A stretch of DNA of 64,000 bases. Origin: Squalus acanthias (lineage: Eukaryota). Where the stretch lies: positions 6,946,001 to 7,010,000 of the forward strand of contig CM059433.1 of assembly GCA_030390025.1 (NCBI GenBank), given 5' to 3'. The notes beneath the pieces were generated by a model. It searched no databases. It was not told the DNA's origin and saw only the letters and a list, made by a program, of their open reading frames with translations. The position numbers were made by a program, and so were the translations under genes. Positions 61,375 through 64,000 of this stretch are shown here, one piece after another. Every line of letters starts with the position of its first letter. The first letter of the stretch is position 1.

Positions 61375-62222
61375 GGGGGGGGATAGTCAATACTGAGGAG
61401 GACTGCAACAAATTACAGGAAGACATGAATAAACTTGCAGAATGGGCAAATAATTGGCAAATTAATTTCAACACAGATAAGTGTGAGGTATTACATTTTG
61501 GTAGGAAGAATAGGGAGGCCACTTATTACTTGGAGGGTGCGAGTCTGGGTGGGGTAGAGGAGCAAAGGGATCTCAGAGTACAAATACACAAATCACTAAA
61601 AGTAGCGACACAAGGCCATAAAAAAAGCAAACCAAGTACTTATTTCTAGAGGGATAGACCACACTTAGAGTACTGCGTACAGTTCTGGTCGCCATATTAT
61701 AAAAATGATATAGAGTCACTGGAGAGGGTGCAGAGAAGATTTATAAGGATGGTACCAGAAATGCGAGGGTATACCTATCAGGAAAGGATGAACAGGCTGA
61801 GTCTCTTTTCTCTTGAAAAGAGAAGGTTGAGGGGTGACCTAATAGAGGTCTTTAAAATTATGAAAGGTTTTGATAGACTGGATACAGAGAGAATGTTTCC
61901 ACTTGTGGGGAAGAACAAAACTAGATGCCATCAATATAAGATAGTCACCAAGAAATCCAATAGGGAATTCAGAAGAAACTTCTTTACCCAGAGAGTGGTG
62001 AGAATGTGGAACTCGCTACCACAGGGAGTGGTTGAAGCGAATAGTATAGATGCATTGAAGGGGAGGCTAGACAAGCATATGAGGGAGAAGGGAATAGAGG
62101 GTTATGCTGATAGATTTAGATGAGGAAAGACGGGAGGAGGCTCGAGTGGAACATAAACGCCGGCATGGACTGGTTGGGCCGGATGGCCTGTTTCTGTGCC
62201 GTATATCCTATGTAATCCTATG
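61375..62222 (+). mobile_element. CR1 LINE 3' end
   Basis: Encodes WQINFNTDKCEVLHFG...FFTQRVVRMWNSLP and carries a tail. Confidence 0.92.
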
Positions 62223-62227
62223 ATTTC

Positions 62228-62488
62228 TGGACGTTTCAAAGCACTTCATTGCCAGTGATGTGCTTTTGAAGTGTAGTCACTGTTGCAATGTAGAAAAACG
62301 CAGCAGCCAATTTGCGCACAGCAAGCTCCCACAAACAATGACCAGATAATCTGTTTTTGGCGGTGTTGGTTGAGGGTTAAATGTTGGCCCGTACACAAGG
62401 AGAATTCCACTGGTCTTCTTTGAATGTTGGCCGTGGGATCTTTTACATCCACCTGAGAAGGCAGCTGGGGCCTTGGTTTAATGTCTCA
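62228..62488 (-). mobile_element. Deu-domain SINE fragment
   Basis: Decayed match to the SINE body. Confidence 0.75.
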
Positions 62489-63164
62489 CACATGGATTCG
62501 GAGGCAGTTTGAAGTGTAAGGTGAGATGGAATGTAGCGTCAGTCCTGTGAGCCTGACATTGCTGAGTTCTCTATCAAAGCCACATCACTCTGGGGGGAGC
62601 TGATGTCATGCACCCCGAGCACTCAGGGCCCAGAGCAGCATAAGCGGAGGACTGGGAACTACCTTCCCACCTGCCCTGTCAGCCTCAACACTGTGTAGAT
62701 CAGAGAGGAAGAAGGAAACGGAGACAAGAAATTACATTAAAAAGGATGATTCAGACCCTCAGCGAAAATGCTTTGAGAGGTTTTTCATGCAGTACATGTT
62801 GAAACCTGTTTTGCAATTTACTCTGATGGTAAAAGCGATCATTTTTGAGCTTATTCATTTTTATGAACTTTTCCATTTATTGTGTTACATTTTTGAAATG
62901 CCAAGTACTTTTGATGAACCTTGTTATAAATGCAAGTTCTTTCTGAGTAAACATTTCATTGGTTCATTGTTCCTATTGCAAAAAAAACACAGACTGTCTG
63001 TGTGCTCGTTCAAAAACAAATTTGCTCCATGTCAGTTTTAACCACTCCATTCCTGGTTTAAAAAAAACAAGTGCAACTTCCTGCACATCAACATGAAACA
63101 CCGTACAATTTCTGGCTAATCTCCCATCCTTCATTCCCAGTCGGTCTCTGGTTAATCAGCCTAA

Positions 63165-64000
63165 AGGGATAGAGATAGGTTAAGTGAGTGGGCAAAGATC
63201 TGGCAAATGGAGTATAATGTGGGAAAATGTGAAGTTGTCCATTTTGGCAGGAAGAATAAAAAAGAAGCATATTATCTAAATGGTGAGAGATTGCCGAGCT
63301 CTGAGATGCAGAGGGATCTGGGTGTCCTAGTGCATGAATCGCAAAAGGTTACTATGCAGGTACAGCAAGTAATTAGGAAAGCTAACAGAATGTTATCGTT
63401 TATTGCGAGGGGAATTGAATACAAAAGTAGGGAGGTTATGCTTCAGTTATACAGGGCATTGGTGAGACCACATCTGGAGTACTGTGTACAGTATTGGTCT
63501 CCTTATTTAAGGAAGGATGTAAATGCGTTGGAAGCAGTTCAGAGAAGGTTTACTAGACTAATACCTGGAATGGGCGGGTTGTCTTATGAGGAAAGGTTGG
63601 ACAGGCTAGGCTTGTATCCGCTGGAGTTTAGTAGAGTAAGAGGTGACTTGATTGAAACATATAAGATCCTGAGGGGTCTGGACAGGGTGGATGTGGAGAG
63701 GATGTTTCCTCTTGTGGGAGAATCTAGAACTAGGGGTCACTGTTTAAAAATAAGGGGTCGCCCATTTAAGACGGAGATGAGGAGAAATTTTTTCTCACAG
63801 AGGGTCGTGAGTATTTGGAACTCTCTTCCTCAGAGGGCGGTGGAAGCAGAGTCTTTGAATATTTTTAAGGCAGAGGTAGATAGATTCTTGATAAGCAAGG
63901 GGGTGAAAGGTTATCGGGGGTAGGCGGGAATGTGGAGTAATCGGATCAGCCATGATCTTATTGAATGGCGGAGCAGGCTCGAAGGGCCGAGTGGCCTACT
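63165..64000 (+). mobile_element. CR1 LINE 3' end (runs off the window)
   Basis: 238-aa ORF2 C-terminus plus 3' UTR. Confidence 0.93.

Overview
Eukaryotic, almost certainly cartilaginous-fish (shark-like) genomic DNA, inferred from the repeat repertoire: CR1 and L2 LINEs, Deu-domain SINEs, an HE1/V-SINE, a Tx1 tail, Penelope termini and Harbinger transposons. I recognise no host protein-coding gene; the window is intronic or intergenic and mostly nested mobile elements. The main points are: (i) a full-length but decayed two-gene PIF/Harbinger transposon (51090-55224) inserted into an older Harbinger transposase pseudogene, with a non-autonomous relative at 19130-20022; (ii) a second Harbinger (24490-27626) that has lost its transposase core but keeps an open, 3-exon, 485-aa Myb/SANT gene; (iii) five Penelope-type terminal repeats carrying a minimal hammerhead ribozyme motif, two arranged as long palindromes centred on the ribozyme; (iv) a LINE whose 5' end is a tRNA-Thr(AGT)-like head, plus a SINE-like element made of that head and a LINE tail; (v) several locally templated insertions. 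Family names come from recognition of motifs and remembered consensus sequences, not from database searches. Boundaries of decayed repeats are approximate; terminal inverted repeat (TIR) and target-site duplication (TSD) coordinates were read directly.
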